From contig JAPEUG010000016.1 of assembly GCA_026025795.1 (NCBI GenBank), positions 1 to 64,000 of the forward strand: a DNA stretch of 64,000 bases, read 5' to 3'. The translations under genes and the position numbers were made by a program. Every line of letters starts with the position of its first letter. Position 1 is the first letter of the stretch. The DNA is from Thelocarpon superellum. Taxonomy: Eukaryota. Below the pieces are notes generated by a model, which worked only from the letters and a program-made list of their open reading frames with translations, made no database searches and had not been told where the DNA came from. Below, piece after piece: positions 35,931 through 48,700 of this stretch.

Positions 35931-38756
35931 ATGAACTCAGCGCCACCACCTCCCGCCCGCCGATTGTCCCGACCCTCGCTCAACCGACGAATCTCTTCGG
36001 CGCTCTCGAACGCGGAGTTGGGTCAGAATGGAAGTACGGCAGGGGCAGGTGCAACATCAGTGGACGACCGGCTGGACCAGGAGATCGACGAGATTCGACG
36101 GTACGAAGACTTCACCACCATCGACTGGGTGCAAGACGCGGCACGCGAAGAGCTGCGCCGCAAAGCTAAACTCCAAGAGCTCCACACCTCCCCCCAGCGC
36201 ATAGGTCACCGGGCGTGGAGGCGGAGACTCACGGATTCCTACGAGGCCGGCCAGGCATGGATCGTCGTTACATTGATCGGTGAGAATCCAGATGGAGGAC
36301 TTGCAGGTGTTCGTCTAACAGCAGGAGCAGGAGCGGCGATTGGGCTCAATGCTGCGTTTCTGAATATCGTCACGGAATGGCTATCAGACATCAAGCTTGG
36401 CTATTGCACCACGGCGTTTTATCTGAACGAAAGCTTCTGTTGTTGGGGCGCGGAGAATGGTAGGTCTGACCCAGTCGCCATCCGCCTTCGCCCCCCAGGA
36501 CTGATCGTGCCCAGGTTGCGACGAATGGCATCGATGGAGTTTTCTGTGGCCCATCAACTATCTGTTTTATATCCTGTTCTCGGTGAGAAACGTCGGGTAC
36601 ATCTACGCCAGACGGGGTGCTGACCCCTCCAAAGCTCTTGTTTGCCTTTACCTCGGCCCGGCTCGTGAAGACCTTTGCCCCCTATGCCGCCGGATCCGGA
36701 ATTTCGGAGATCAAATGCATCATCGCAGGCTTCGTCATGAAGGGGTTCTTGAGCTTCTGGACCCTTTTGATCAAATCCATCGCACTACCATTGGCCATCG
36801 CCTCCGGGCTGTCGGTGGGCAAGGAGGGCCCGAGCGTGCACTACGCCGTGTGCACGGGCAATGTCATCTCGCGCTTCTTCGACAAGTACAAACGCAACGC
36901 CGCCAAGACGCGCGAGATCCTGAGCGCCTGTGCCGCGGCTGGAGTGGCGGTGGCCTTTGGCAGTCCGATCGGCGGCGTCCTCTTCTCGCTCGAGGAGATG
37001 TCGTCCTACTTTCCGCTCAAGACGATGTGGCGCAGCTTCTTCTGCGCCTTAGTCGCCACGGCGGTGCTGGCGGCCATGAATCCCTTCCGCACCGGTCAGC
37101 TCGTCATGTTCCAGGTCCGGTACGATCGGTCATGGCACTTCTTTGAAGTCATCTTCTATCTTATCATCGGCATCTTTGGCGGGTTGTATGGCGCCTTTGT
37201 CATGAAGTGGAACCTGCGCGCCCAAGCCTTTCGGAAGAGGTACCTGTCCCAGTATGCCATCGCGGAAGCTACTATCCTGGCGGGAGCGACGGCGCTGCTG
37301 TGCTATCCGAACATGTTCCTGCGCATCGACATGACGGAGAGCATGGAGATCCTATTCTTAGAGTGCGAGGGCGCCCATGACTACGACGGCCTGTGCGATG
37401 CCAAGAACCGATGGTCCATGGTGTTCTTACTCGCCGTGGCTACCGTGCTGCGGACGTTTCTGGTCATCATCTCCTACGGATGCAAGGTGCCCGCCGGGAT
37501 TTTCGTGCCGTCCATGGCCATCGGAGCGTCATTTGGCCGGATGGTGGGAATTTTGGTTCAAGCGTTGCACGAATCCTTTCCGAAATCGGCTTTCTTTGCC
37601 GCGTGCGAGCCGGATGTCCCATGCATCACGCCAGGGACCTATGCATTCCTGGGTGCCGCGGCTGCGCTGAGCGGCATCATGCACATCACTGTCAGCGTGG
37701 TGGTCATCATGTTCGAACTGACCGGGGCGCTGACCTACATCCTCCCGACAATGGTACGTCGCTCTTACCTCCGCTGGCTTGCTTTCGCTCACTGAGTCCT
37801 AGATCGTCGTTGGGGTCACCAAAGCCGTGGGCGACCGGTTCGGAAAGGGCGGAATCGCGGACCGGATGATCTGGTTCAACGGATTTCCCTTCCTGGACAA
37901 CAAGGAGGAACACACCTTCGGCGTGCCCGTATCTCGGGTCATGACCAGCGACATGAAAGTGCTACCGGCGACGGGACTTGATCTGAAGAAACTCGAGAAC
38001 CTACTCGGCGAGACGAGGTACCAGGGCTTTCCTATCGTGGAGAGCCGCTCCTCCAGCGTGCTGGTTGGCTACATTGGCCGCACCGAGCTCCGGTACGCCA
38101 TTGACCGCGCCAAGCAAGAGAGAGAAGTGGTGCCCGCAGCACGATGTTTCTTCACGCCACCAGCCACGGCATCCAGCTCGGGCTCGACCTACGGCGGCCC
38201 AGCGACAACGTTCGACGCGATCGCCACGACCTCAGGCCAACTGAGCATCGACTTCAGCCGATTCATTGACCCGACTCCGTTGGCCGTGCACCCCCGCCTA
38301 CCACTCGAGACGGTGATGGAACTCTTCAAAAAGATGGGACCACGCGTGATTCTGATCGAGTACCGTGGCCAGCTCACGGGTCTCGTGACAGTGAAGGACT
38401 GTCTCAAGTACCAGTTCAAGGTGGAAGCGGCCGAGAACGTGCACGTGCGCGACGACACCGCGGCCGTGGAAGTGGGCCAGGAGCGCCTGTGGCAGTTCCT
38501 GCAGCGCGTCGGGAACTGGGTCCTCCACGCCACGGATAATCTGCGCTCTGGACGCATCCGTCTCGGCGATGGCTTCTTCTCGCCGCGTGTGGGCTTGGGT
38601 CGCTCGCCGCTCACGCCGGGGGCGGGGTCGGGGCCTGGGGCTGGCTCGGGATCGGCGTCGGGGCCGGGACCACGGTCGGGGTCTGGCGCGCGTGATGCAG
38701 TCATGCTCGATGGGACGGAAGACGAGGATGACAGCATGGAATTGGTTGATCAGTGA
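35931..38756 (+). CDS. GEF1: CLC-family chloride/proton exchanger with CBS domains (Gef1/ClC-3-like)
   Basis: RYEDFTTIDW, WLSDIKLGYC, AAGSGISEIK, GKEGP, FGSPIGGVLFSLEE, GIFVP, VVIMFELTG, GGIAD, CBS pair. Four introns; start approximate. Confidence 0.95.
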
Positions 38757-39017
38757 TGCCGGTTACGATGTATCGTGCAACGATCTATCCATTGTCCGTA
38801 GAAACATTACGGTATGAGTACAGCTAGAGGGTGCTTCGTAGGAAGATAAACGCTGAAGATGGGTGGCTTTCAACTATGGCGGTATAGCTGCACACATGCA
38901 CATGGAGATGCAGATCTATGTCTAGGGATATCTTGTGAACCGGGCCCAATCCAGTCCTGTGCTCCGTAACACCCTGCTCCAACCGTTCCATCACGCTCAA
39001 TCGATCTTCAAGCGGCG

Positions 39018-40500
39018 CTATTCAAGTGGAGCGTCGACATCTTCTCCCTCCTTCAATTCACGGTCAAGTTCAAGGTCGAGGTCGTCACTCAGTAACGTAT
39101 CGCTCTCTACCGACGAGCCGCTCTCGAGATCGATGGGCGAGGCGTCAGAGGCTTTCATCGGTGACGAGGGTGTTCCGGCTTCCAGCCCGCCTTCAACACG
39201 CCGGCCGATGATGACACTGCCGGCGACGAGCAGTGAAGCACCCAGCCACCAAAGCGGCGGCAGGTTCTCGGCGAAGATCATGAGGCCCAAGAGGGCGGTG
39301 ATCATGAAGTTTGCCGACGTGTTGATGATGGAGACGCGGGTGGTGGATGATGCGCGCGCCAAGGCGGTGGTAAAGAGTGCCCACATCTGTCTCCATCAGC
39401 ATGGCCTCTCGGCATCTTCGTGGTCCGACTTCTGGGGCGGGGCGGTGCGCCGATGTTGCGGGAGAAAGCGGAGGGTCATGGACACGCCAGCATGCAGGGA
39501 CACGAGCAAATGAGAAGTGGGGAATGCTTACAATGCCGTTGAAGACCAGGTTCAGGACGAAGAAGACCTATGAGGTAGCGAATACGATGTTACTCCATGC
39601 CCGTTTGATCCAACCTGCGTCCGACGCCGAACGCTGACGACGACCTTCTGCACGAATAAGGTGGGGGAAACAAACCACTCTCATGCCGATCTCGATGACT
39701 TGTCGTGGAGTTTCTTGCCCAGAGCCCCATAAAATCCCGGTCACGGCGTCGGCGAACTTGGATGTAAGCTCCGTCGTTGTCCTACCGGCTCATGATGCGT
39801 TGGTTAGCCCGCGAGAACTATGGTCCAACGTGATCGCTCAATGGCCTTATTCCACCGTCCCCGGTCTGCCAGGCCCCACGACTTTTGCGTAAGAGGTATG
39901 ACATCCCGACCGAAGCATAACGAAATTTGATGCGGGTGGTATTTAAAGTCCATGGTCATGGAATAGGGAAATGCACAAGTGCTCGGGACGACCTGGTTTC
40001 CAGTGCCAGTGGAGTGAGCACCCAAGCGACCGGGCGACGAATGCCCGAAGGCCGACGTGGCCGCCGGGACAGGCTTCTTCCGGGTGTTCGGTCGCTCGGT
40101 CGCCCGGTCGCTCGGTGGCAGGAGTGATTTATAAGAGTAGAACGGGAGCCACTTACAACTTCGCAAAGACTCCGTTACAGGCAGCACAGGCTCCGCTGGC
40201 GATGGCCAGCGGTAACCACGTCGTACTCTGCCCCCAATACATGGCCGCTCCTCCCACGCCAGGCGGAAGACTGGGACTGGAACTGATGGTGATCTCACTC
40301 TTGTCGTCGTCGGCGGTGACAATGTCCGCATTGGCATAGGACGACAGCCGCCCGGCCGGCCGAGGCCGCACGCCCAGCAGCGGCTGCTCCTCATCATCTG
40401 CGGCCATGACTCGTGGCCGCCGACGCTGGAGCATCGGTCGCAGAGGCTCAGGGGAAGGATGTTCACGCGTGCCCATCGTCGCGGCAGGCGTCGCAGCCAT
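39018..40500 (-). CDS. TMEM42-like (EamA/DMT-fold) membrane protein
   Basis: WLPLAIASGACAACNGVFAKL/TTTELT, FFVLNLVFNGI/MWALFTTAL, VSIINTSANFMITALLG..IFAE.LPPLWWLGA. Three unusually long introns; the first is 39782-40156. Confidence 0.88.
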
Positions 40501-41103
40501 GTGCGTGCACGGAGGATTTTAACAGGTCCACAATGTACCTGGGCTCGGCCGCCGCTTGTTTGTCGGAGAGGATGGAAGGGTGTGGTGGGCCATGGGGGAG
40601 CTCGGTTGAGCCCACGGGGGCGACACTGCGACGATCATGGGGCCGCTCCCACTGTGGAATCCCCGCCCGTCCAAGTGTCACTGGACGGACCCACCTATCC
40701 GGGATCTTCGACGGGGATCAGGTCCATTGCACTCGCACATGCTGCCCACGACCACCGCGCCACGTCCGGCATGACGCTCCCATGAGACAGACGCGCGTCT
40801 TTGTCTTGGCAGTCGACTCCGAGCTACAGTGGGAGGGAAGGTCCAAGACCTCGCACAATACAAGTACTTGGTACTTGTACCGAATTCTCGAACTACCTGG
40901 ATACCTGAGAGAAACTACCTCCATGATCCTTGTTCGGTGTCTCAACGTCCATCCCGGACGCTTGAAGCCGCACAAAGGCCGCGATCCTCACCACGAAGAC
41001 CACATCCCAATGTGCTGATTCCGACCCAAAGGCGTTCCTTGTGATGCCCCACGGTTCTATCTGCCCGCCACCAATGCCGCCAGCTCCCCATGTTCGTTAC
41101 TCA

Positions 41104-41551
41104 TCATGTCTCTCCAGGCTTCTTGCTGTTACAGCTGACGATCTTGACTTGGTCGGCTTGGATGTTACTCTGATTGTCCAACTTGAAATTCACATCCTTG
41201 ATCAAAAACGTCCAGACCTCATCGCAAAATCGGTAGGTGTCTAGATGGCCCTGTGCCCCCGGTGCATGTCAACCGGGGCTCGTAAAGTTCGGATCAGGGA
41301 ACAATCGTACCTTGAAGGTCAACCGTGCTTTGACCTTTTCTGCCAACACTTCGGTAATGCTTCGGTCGAAGTTGGCCAGAATTTTGATGGCCAGCTGAGG
41401 CTCGATCCGTCGTTCCGTAATCAGGTCGTCCAACGTATCAGTGAGGGCCATGCCCAAACTGTCACGATCAAGGGTCAGTGCCGCTCATCCTGCTTGATAT
41501 GTCACCTCACCTGCTTCGCCGGTAAAGCTCATAATAGGCTTGGTTGTTCAT
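41104..41551 (-). CDS. TOA2: Transcription initiation factor IIA gamma subunit
   Basis: [51 protein letters not shown]. Two introns. Confidence 0.97.
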
Positions 41552-41777
41552 GATCAACGTGGCGGCAAAAGCGATGGATGAGTCTCGACGAATAATCCCG
41601 GCGAGATTTGGACCCTGTGTCGATTAGTCATCAATCCCACTATTCATCATAGCTTGCCGGCCATGATACTCAGTCGGTTACGCTGCTCTAAATCGACAAT
41701 CCACAGACTCCGCAGTCCACGTGAACCCTGACTGACGCCTTGGATCCTCGAGAGAGACTTGTGTCGGAGAAGACAGG

Positions 41778-42592
41778 ATGAGTCTTGCGTATGGCGCTGG
41801 CGGTGCCAGTGCCGCGTTGGCGGTAGTTGGAGCTTGTAAGTCTCACCGGGCGTTCGAGTGGTTGCCGACTAACTGAGGGCAGACATGCTCTTCACTGGTG
41901 ACGGCGAAGCTTTTAATGTTGGTCATCCTTCTCAAATCGTCTCGAAACGATATGGGCTGGCTTGCTAAGATCGTCTACTTAGGTTGGACAATTCCTCGAG
42001 ACCATCTCGCCATATGCATGGGCCGACCTAGGCATTGGTCTGTGTATCGGACTATCCGTCGTCGGGGCGGCATGGTATGCTCGAGTCATTCCAGACGCGA
42101 TGGCTTCAGCTTACTGATGAATTTAGGGGAATCTTCATCACCGGTTCGTCGATCTTGGGCGGCGGCGTCAAAGCACCGCGGATACGAACCAAAAACCTCA
42201 TCTCCATCATCTTCTGCGAAGTCGTGGCTATCTACGGTGTCATCATGGCCATCGTGTTCTCCGCCAAACTGAAATACGTCGACGAGAACTCGTTGCACTC
42301 GGCCGCTAACTATTATACGGGATACGCGTTGTTCTGGTCGGGCTTGACCGTGGGCATGTGTAATTTGGTATGCGGTGTATCAGTGGGGATCAACGGAAGC
42401 AGCGCTGCTCTGGCTGATGCTGCGGATCCAAGTTTGTACGTCCTTGCTCGCAGTCGTCTACTTGCACAATGGCCGCTAACAGCCGGTAGATTTGTCAAGA
42501 TCCTCGTTATCGAAATCTTCAGCTCGGTTTTGGGGCTATTCGGTCTCATCATAGGGTTGTTGGTCTCAGGGAAAGCACCCGAATTCAAGTGA
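41778..42592 (+). CDS. VMA16: V-ATPase proteolipid subunit c''
   Basis: [67 protein letters not shown]. Four introns; divergent from TOA2 across 226 bp. Confidence 0.96.
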
Positions 42593-42878
42593 AGAGGCGT
42601 ACGATATTGGAGTGGCTGGTCAGACAAGCTCGAAGGCGTCTTGCTCGAAAACCGTTCACAGATCAAGGACCATAGCACGAAGGCGTTGGTGGGGATGTAC
42701 GCATTCAATGTGATGTGATTGGACTCATGTATAGTTGCTATAATTGCTGTATAAGTCACGAAGCTGTTGAAATTGGAAATCGATGTAGTCGTGTGACATC
42801 TGCACGGATGACGGCCTGAAACCTTTTGACGAACGCTCTAACATATCCCATACAGCCCACCCGCATCGACCCATCAAT

Positions 42879-45460
42879 ATGGCCGCACAGCCTCTCAAAG
42901 CGGTGATCCTAGTAGTATCAGAGACCGCAGCTCGTGATCCTTCTTCAGACCGATGTACCCAAGCTCTCACCGAAGCATTTCAACAGGATGGAAGGGATCG
43001 ATGGGAGCTGGTGGAGTGCAAGATCGTCACGGATGACATCCTCCAAATTCAACAGAGCTTGATGCAATGGTCGGATGGACCAGCGGCGGTAAATCTGGTG
43101 ATCACGTCTGGTGGTACGGGCTTTGCCGTCAAGGATCACACGCCTGAGGTTGTACAGACAGTCAATCGCTGTGGAGCCCAGCTGATCTCCCGCAGGCGAT
43201 TGCCCCTCTTCTGCATCGACAAGCTCCGGGACTTGTGTGAGTATTCTCGGATATTCCAAGGAAACGACTGACCTGTTTGATAGACACGCAATGCTTGCGA
43301 CGTCGTTGACCGTGACTCCTTGTGAGCCACATCTATCCACAGTGGGGGTCAATCGCTGATGTCGCAGTCGCAATGATGTCACGACCCGTGGCTGGGGTGA
43401 GAAATGGGACGATCATCTTGACACTTCCGGGATCTCCAAAAGGAGCGGTAGAGAATCTGAAATCCGTCTTGAAGCTGCTCCCCCATGCTTGTGTCCAAGC
43501 CGCTGGGGCAGATTCGAGATCGCTGCATGCGGGGGGTCTGAAAAAGCTCGAGGCTCAAGCTGGTATTGGTCGCGGTGCTACCGTGGGAAAGCTACTCAGC
43601 TCTACCCATGGCGATCATACCCACAATCGAGCTCATGGCCACGGCCACAGCGGTTGTCACGGCCACAGTCATGGCAGTGGGCATGCTATGCCAGTCGCTC
43701 ATACGTCTGAATCGGCCGCAAAATCGAACGACCCCAGCCAAGGGCCAACAAGAAGATATCGATCGTCACCCTATCCCATGGTATCTGTGGATCAAGCAAC
43801 AGAGACGATTCTCGCTCACACTCCATCGCCCCAGGCGGTGAACGTGCCCGTGGGAATTGATTTGGTGGGACATACCCTGGCAGAAGATGTCATTGCGGCG
43901 GAGTCAGTGCCAGCCTTCCGAGCAAGCATCGTCGATGGCTACGCAGTTGTGATCTCGGAGGGAACTACATCTAAGGGCATCTTCCCCGTGTCTTCTGTCT
44001 CGCACGCGGCCGCAGGAGAGATTCCCCCCCTGAAAGAAGGAGAGATCACACGCATTACGACCGGAGCACCTCTTCCCCCTGGCGCCACCTCGGTCGTCAT
44101 GGTCGAGGACACGGTCCTGATAGAATCCTCGGCAGACGGCAAGGAAGAGAAGACGGTCGAGATCCTGACCTCGGCGATCAAGTTCGGCGAGAATGTACGC
44201 GAGGTGGGGAGTGACGTCAAGGCGGGGACGACGATTCTACGCCAGGGCGACACCATCACGGCTGTTGGAGGCGAACTGGGGATCTTGGCCACAGTGGGCG
44301 TCCGACAGGTGTCCGTCTATCGAAAGCTAGTCGTGGGAGTTTTAAGCACGGGAGACGAAATCGTCCCTCATGAAAAAGAGGGAGCGTTACGACTGGGAGA
44401 GGTCCGAGACTGCAATCGGCCGTCATTGCTCGCGGCCATCAAAGGGGCAGGATATGAAGCGGTGGACTTGGGAATTGCCAAAGACAGGTGAGCTTGTCTC
44501 TTTTACCATAAACCTCATCTTTCTCCCTCCCTTCCCCCCCCTTCTCTCTCTCTCTCTCTCATATGTCTGCATAATGATCTCAGGCAGATGCTGACCTTGT
44601 TATGACGCAGGCAAGAAACGCTCGAGACCCACATCCGACACGCATTGGCAAAGGTCGACGTGCTTGTTACCACAGGCGGCGTATCAATGGGCGAGCTAGA
44701 CCTCCTCAAACCCACCATCGAGCGCTCTCTGGGTGGGACGATTCATTTCGGGCGCGTGGACGTCAAACCTGGGAAACCAACGACCTTTGCTACTGTTCCA
44801 GTGAAAGGGATCACGTCCGGGAAGGGAGTCATACTGGGAGAGACAGGGGACGAGGACAGAGGAGAGTACCGCCGCAAAGAGAAACTCATCTTCAGTCTGC
44901 CGGGCAACCCGGCCTCGGCACTGGTGACATTTCATCTGTTCGTGCTGCCCGGTCTGCGCCTGGCCTCTTCGCCGCCGCCGCCGCCGCCGCCGCCGCCTCT
45001 TCATCCTCCTTCCTCCATCACTTCGGCGTCGTCTCCATCGATGCAACAGCAGGAGAAGAGAAACACAATAACCGCCACCCTTACGCACGACATCAAAGCG
45101 GACAGAAGCAGGCCGGAATACCACCGTGCGGTCCTAGGCTTTGCTGATCCAGAGAGAACCTCAACGTCGACAATTAACACTACCGGGCTATCCTCGTCTG
45201 ATTCCGCTACCTCCATGATCGACACCACTGTCACCCCCACAAACAAAACGCCCAAGAGCGGTGGCAATGGACCAGGCGAGCACGACGGCGAGCAAGCCGG
45301 TTTCATCTATGCAACTAGTACCGGTTTCCAGCGAAGTTCGCGCGTTGGGAGCTTGAGTGGTGCTAATGCGCTCCTCGTCATTCCTCCTCTCTCGTCTGAG
45401 CAAGGAATCCACCCAAGAGGAACCCGAGTCCAGGCCATTTTGCTAGGCGCGCTGCTGTGA
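42879..45460 (+). CDS. cnxE: Gephyrin-like molybdopterin adenylyltransferase/Mo insertase (MogA+MoeA fusion)
   Basis: G domain (TSGGTGFAVKDHTPE, LPGSPKG), His-rich linker, E domain (FRASIVDGYAV, ITTGAPLP, STGDEI, TTGGVSMGELD, KPGKP, LPGNPAS, QRSSR). Confidence 0.95.
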
Positions 45461-45744
45461 ATGTAATCATACTCATGCTACTTCATCATCCTCCTTCTAC
45501 CTGCCGCTCCATCTTGAATGACTGACTCCTTGACTCATGCGAGGAGTTCTAACCTAACGAATGTACAGGAGTGATGATAAGAGAATGATAACGATACATC
45601 CGGAAGGAGAACGCTGCAGCCACCCCGCGAACATCGCAGCGCGAGGACGACTTGGGGAACCCCAGCTCCCCGACGCCTCCAAAGAAGACGACTCCCGCCG
45701 GAGAATTGACGGAGACCGCCCCGCTGGAAGGAGGGGGAGGAGGC

Positions 45745-48700
45745 TCAAGCCCGAAGGCTTCTCAACTCCTCTACCTCCTCCTTCAAGCGGGCGTTCTCCG
45801 CCTTCACCCGGCGCAGCTCCTCCGTCACCTCGTTCAGCCTCTCCGCCATCGAAGAGGCCTTCCGAGGTGACGGGCGCTGGGGAGACGCCTCCTTCTTCCT
45901 CAGCGTGCTCGGGGTGCTGAGATTCCCCTTGAGAGTCGGGATCCCCGATCCCGCCCCCACCGCCTTCCTCACGCTGCGATGCTCCGCGATGAGCACCTCC
46001 TCCCCCTGCACGTTGGTTGGCCGCTCTGTCAACGTGCTGCGGGGTGACGCTGCGTTCTCCTTCCGGACCGGCGAGCTCCGTCCGGCTATGACGAATTTCT
46101 TGACCGGCGACGGCGTCTTGGGCGTGGCCGGGCGGCGGATCTTCGCCGACTTTAGCTCCGTGGGGCCCACTTCCTCGGGAGTGGTCGGACGTGCCACCGT
46201 CTCCGCCGTCTTGGGCTGCGTGAGCGGCAGTGCCGGCATCGGCAGGGACCCGGACGCTTGTCGCAGCGATTGAAGATCCGACAGCGAACTACGCCTCTTG
46301 TGTCGACGTGCGACGGAGCCTGGCGCGGTCATGACAGGTAATGTACCGAGGGCGCTGGAGGGCGCATCTGCATGTGCGCTGCCGGGACGCTGGGAGAAGG
46401 CGTTGAACACTGAAGGGCGATCGTGAGAGATTGGACGCTGTGTAGCCACCAGACGAGGGTCCCGGTCGGTGGATTTGGTCCGAAGTAACGACGCCTTGGA
46501 CATGCTGATCGATCCTGTCTCCGCGTACGTCTGACCGCGGGAAGACTTGCTGAGCGTGCGCCAAACCGAGCCTGCTTTGGATTCCGACTCCGGCCGATGC
46601 TGTTCGCGAGACTGCGTACTGAGTCCGAGCCTCTTGCGCAGCGAAGACGTATTGGAGCTGACTGATCCTGCCTGAATGGGGCGTGCGCCACGCAGCGTCG
46701 AGTTAATGGACCCAGTCATTGGGGTTCCTCGTCCTGTCGTGTTTGCGGGAGTGTACTCTACAGCCTCCATCAGCGGCGCCCTAGCTACGGGACGAGGGAG
46801 GCATACCGTCAAAGATACGGTCCAGGTCCTGGACCAAACGATCGAGTAATGGAATGTAGGCGTGGGAACCTCCCTTAGGGACGAGCATTTCGGCAAAAGT
46901 CGCGGTCAACGACCCCCGATCTCCATCATGTTGGGCCCCGTCGAGCAAACTGGGCGAATCAGCTCATATCGGGCGGCGCAAAGGGCAGCAACCGACCTTG
47001 CTAGGAGGGCTAAGATAGTCCGGAACGCCCGTCGATTCGGTGGAGCAAGTTCGCTCATGATCAAGCGGAAGTACTCTTCAAAGTTACTGGCAGAAAGTGT
47101 TTCTGTCCTCGCGATCAGTCGCGCTCTGATCTGAATGCTTTGTCTTGCCTACCAGACTTGGCCAGAATCATGTTCAGCGTGGGCTGGTCAATGACCGCAT
47201 CCATCCGATCAGTCCAGGCCCGCCGCAGAAACTTTTCAAAGGCCGCAAAGAGAACATCGAGAGGAATGTCGGCGCAGTTCTCATGCTTCGTTGGATCTTC
47301 CACTGGACGAGCGTTAGCATCGTGTGGCGACACGATTCAGGAATACTCACGAAAAGCGTTGTACACATCGTTCGTCGTCAATTCGTCCGCTGCTGCGCGA
47401 TTGCGTAGCATGCGACCTTCAATGTGTCCCCGTCGTTCATGGATGGCCGTGATATACGTCGTCATCGTATCCTCCAGGCTCCTGGGTGAGTCCATCTGGG
47501 TTACCAACGACCCCTGCTGCGCCAACTTGCCGACCTTGTCGGCTACAGCTTGGAGAGCCGATGCATTCTGAATGTCTGGGCGAGACGGCTTCCGTACCAG
47601 CGGTAGGATCTTGGGGATGTTACCCATGATGGGGGTCCGTTGCTTCGCAGGAATCATCGACTCCTTCATGGAGCCACCGGCGAAGAAGTTGGTCAGCATC
47701 TTGACCGGCGACGAAGGTCGCGCTGCCGTCTCCTTCAGCGTGCGCTCTCGCTTTTGGAGATCCAGCGACAAGAGGAAGTCCTGATTGAACAGCATGAAGC
47801 TTCGCACCAAAGCGGGATTATGTGGCTGGTTCTGCGTAACAATGCTCTCACCCACTGTCTCAAAATCAATGACATGCAATACATTGGGGGATTGAGTGAC
47901 TGACATCGCTTCAACAAAACCTGCGGGAGATCATCCTCAAACACTTCATCGACCGACACGTCACCAGTGATAATACGCGTGTGGAGTTGGTATCGGTTGC
48001 CACCAAGGGTGAATATCCTCATGAGCACTTCAACGCCGCGTTCGCCCACAACCACGTCACCGTGACTTCGAGGCTCGTCGACAACGATCTGTATGAGGGC
48101 TGGGGGACCCCGATGGAGCATCGCCGTGCCACCTGGGTTCTCCGAGATAGAGGCGAAGATGCGTAACGACGACCCTCCGCCATTGGTGCTGCGCATCTCC
48201 CACTTCCCGCTCTCGCGTTCGGGCTCGGAGTAACGTCCTTCGATGCGGGCCTTGGCCACGTCCTCGGACCAGCGACTGGCCTTGTCTTCATATGGTCCCC
48301 CGAGACGGAAGGCTCTCATTCCGGCCTCGCCTCGGACGGCTTGTTGTCCGTCTGTCTCGGAAGATGGCGCATCATGGGTGGATGTCATCCAGACAATGCG
48401 GCCGTCGGTGGACTCACTGAAACGCACCAGGGTCAAGGGGAGGGTCTGCGTGAACACCAGCCGCTTGGAGAAGGCTTGTCCGCTATTAGCGGCCGTGATG
48501 GACGCAGTCATGGCCTCGGCACTTGGACGATCGATCTCCGCCATCAGCCCACGGGCCGAGAGAGAGGCGTCGGAACTCTTTCTGGCAAAGACGACAACAT
48601 CGGCAAAGAGGAGCACAACACCGGTACTCTTGGGAGCCACCGTCGGATCGAAGCGGAAAGGCGGTCGGAGCTCGGCAAAATCAGCGGCGGCGATGATGCG

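Noticed and set aside
38617..38690. G-run repeat / potential G4 at the CLC 3' end
   Set aside because: Explained by a coding Gly-Ser-Pro low-complexity tail.
45571..45620. GTGATGA C-box-like motif between cnxE and BUD3
   Set aside because: No D box (CTGA) or terminal stem at a suitable distance.
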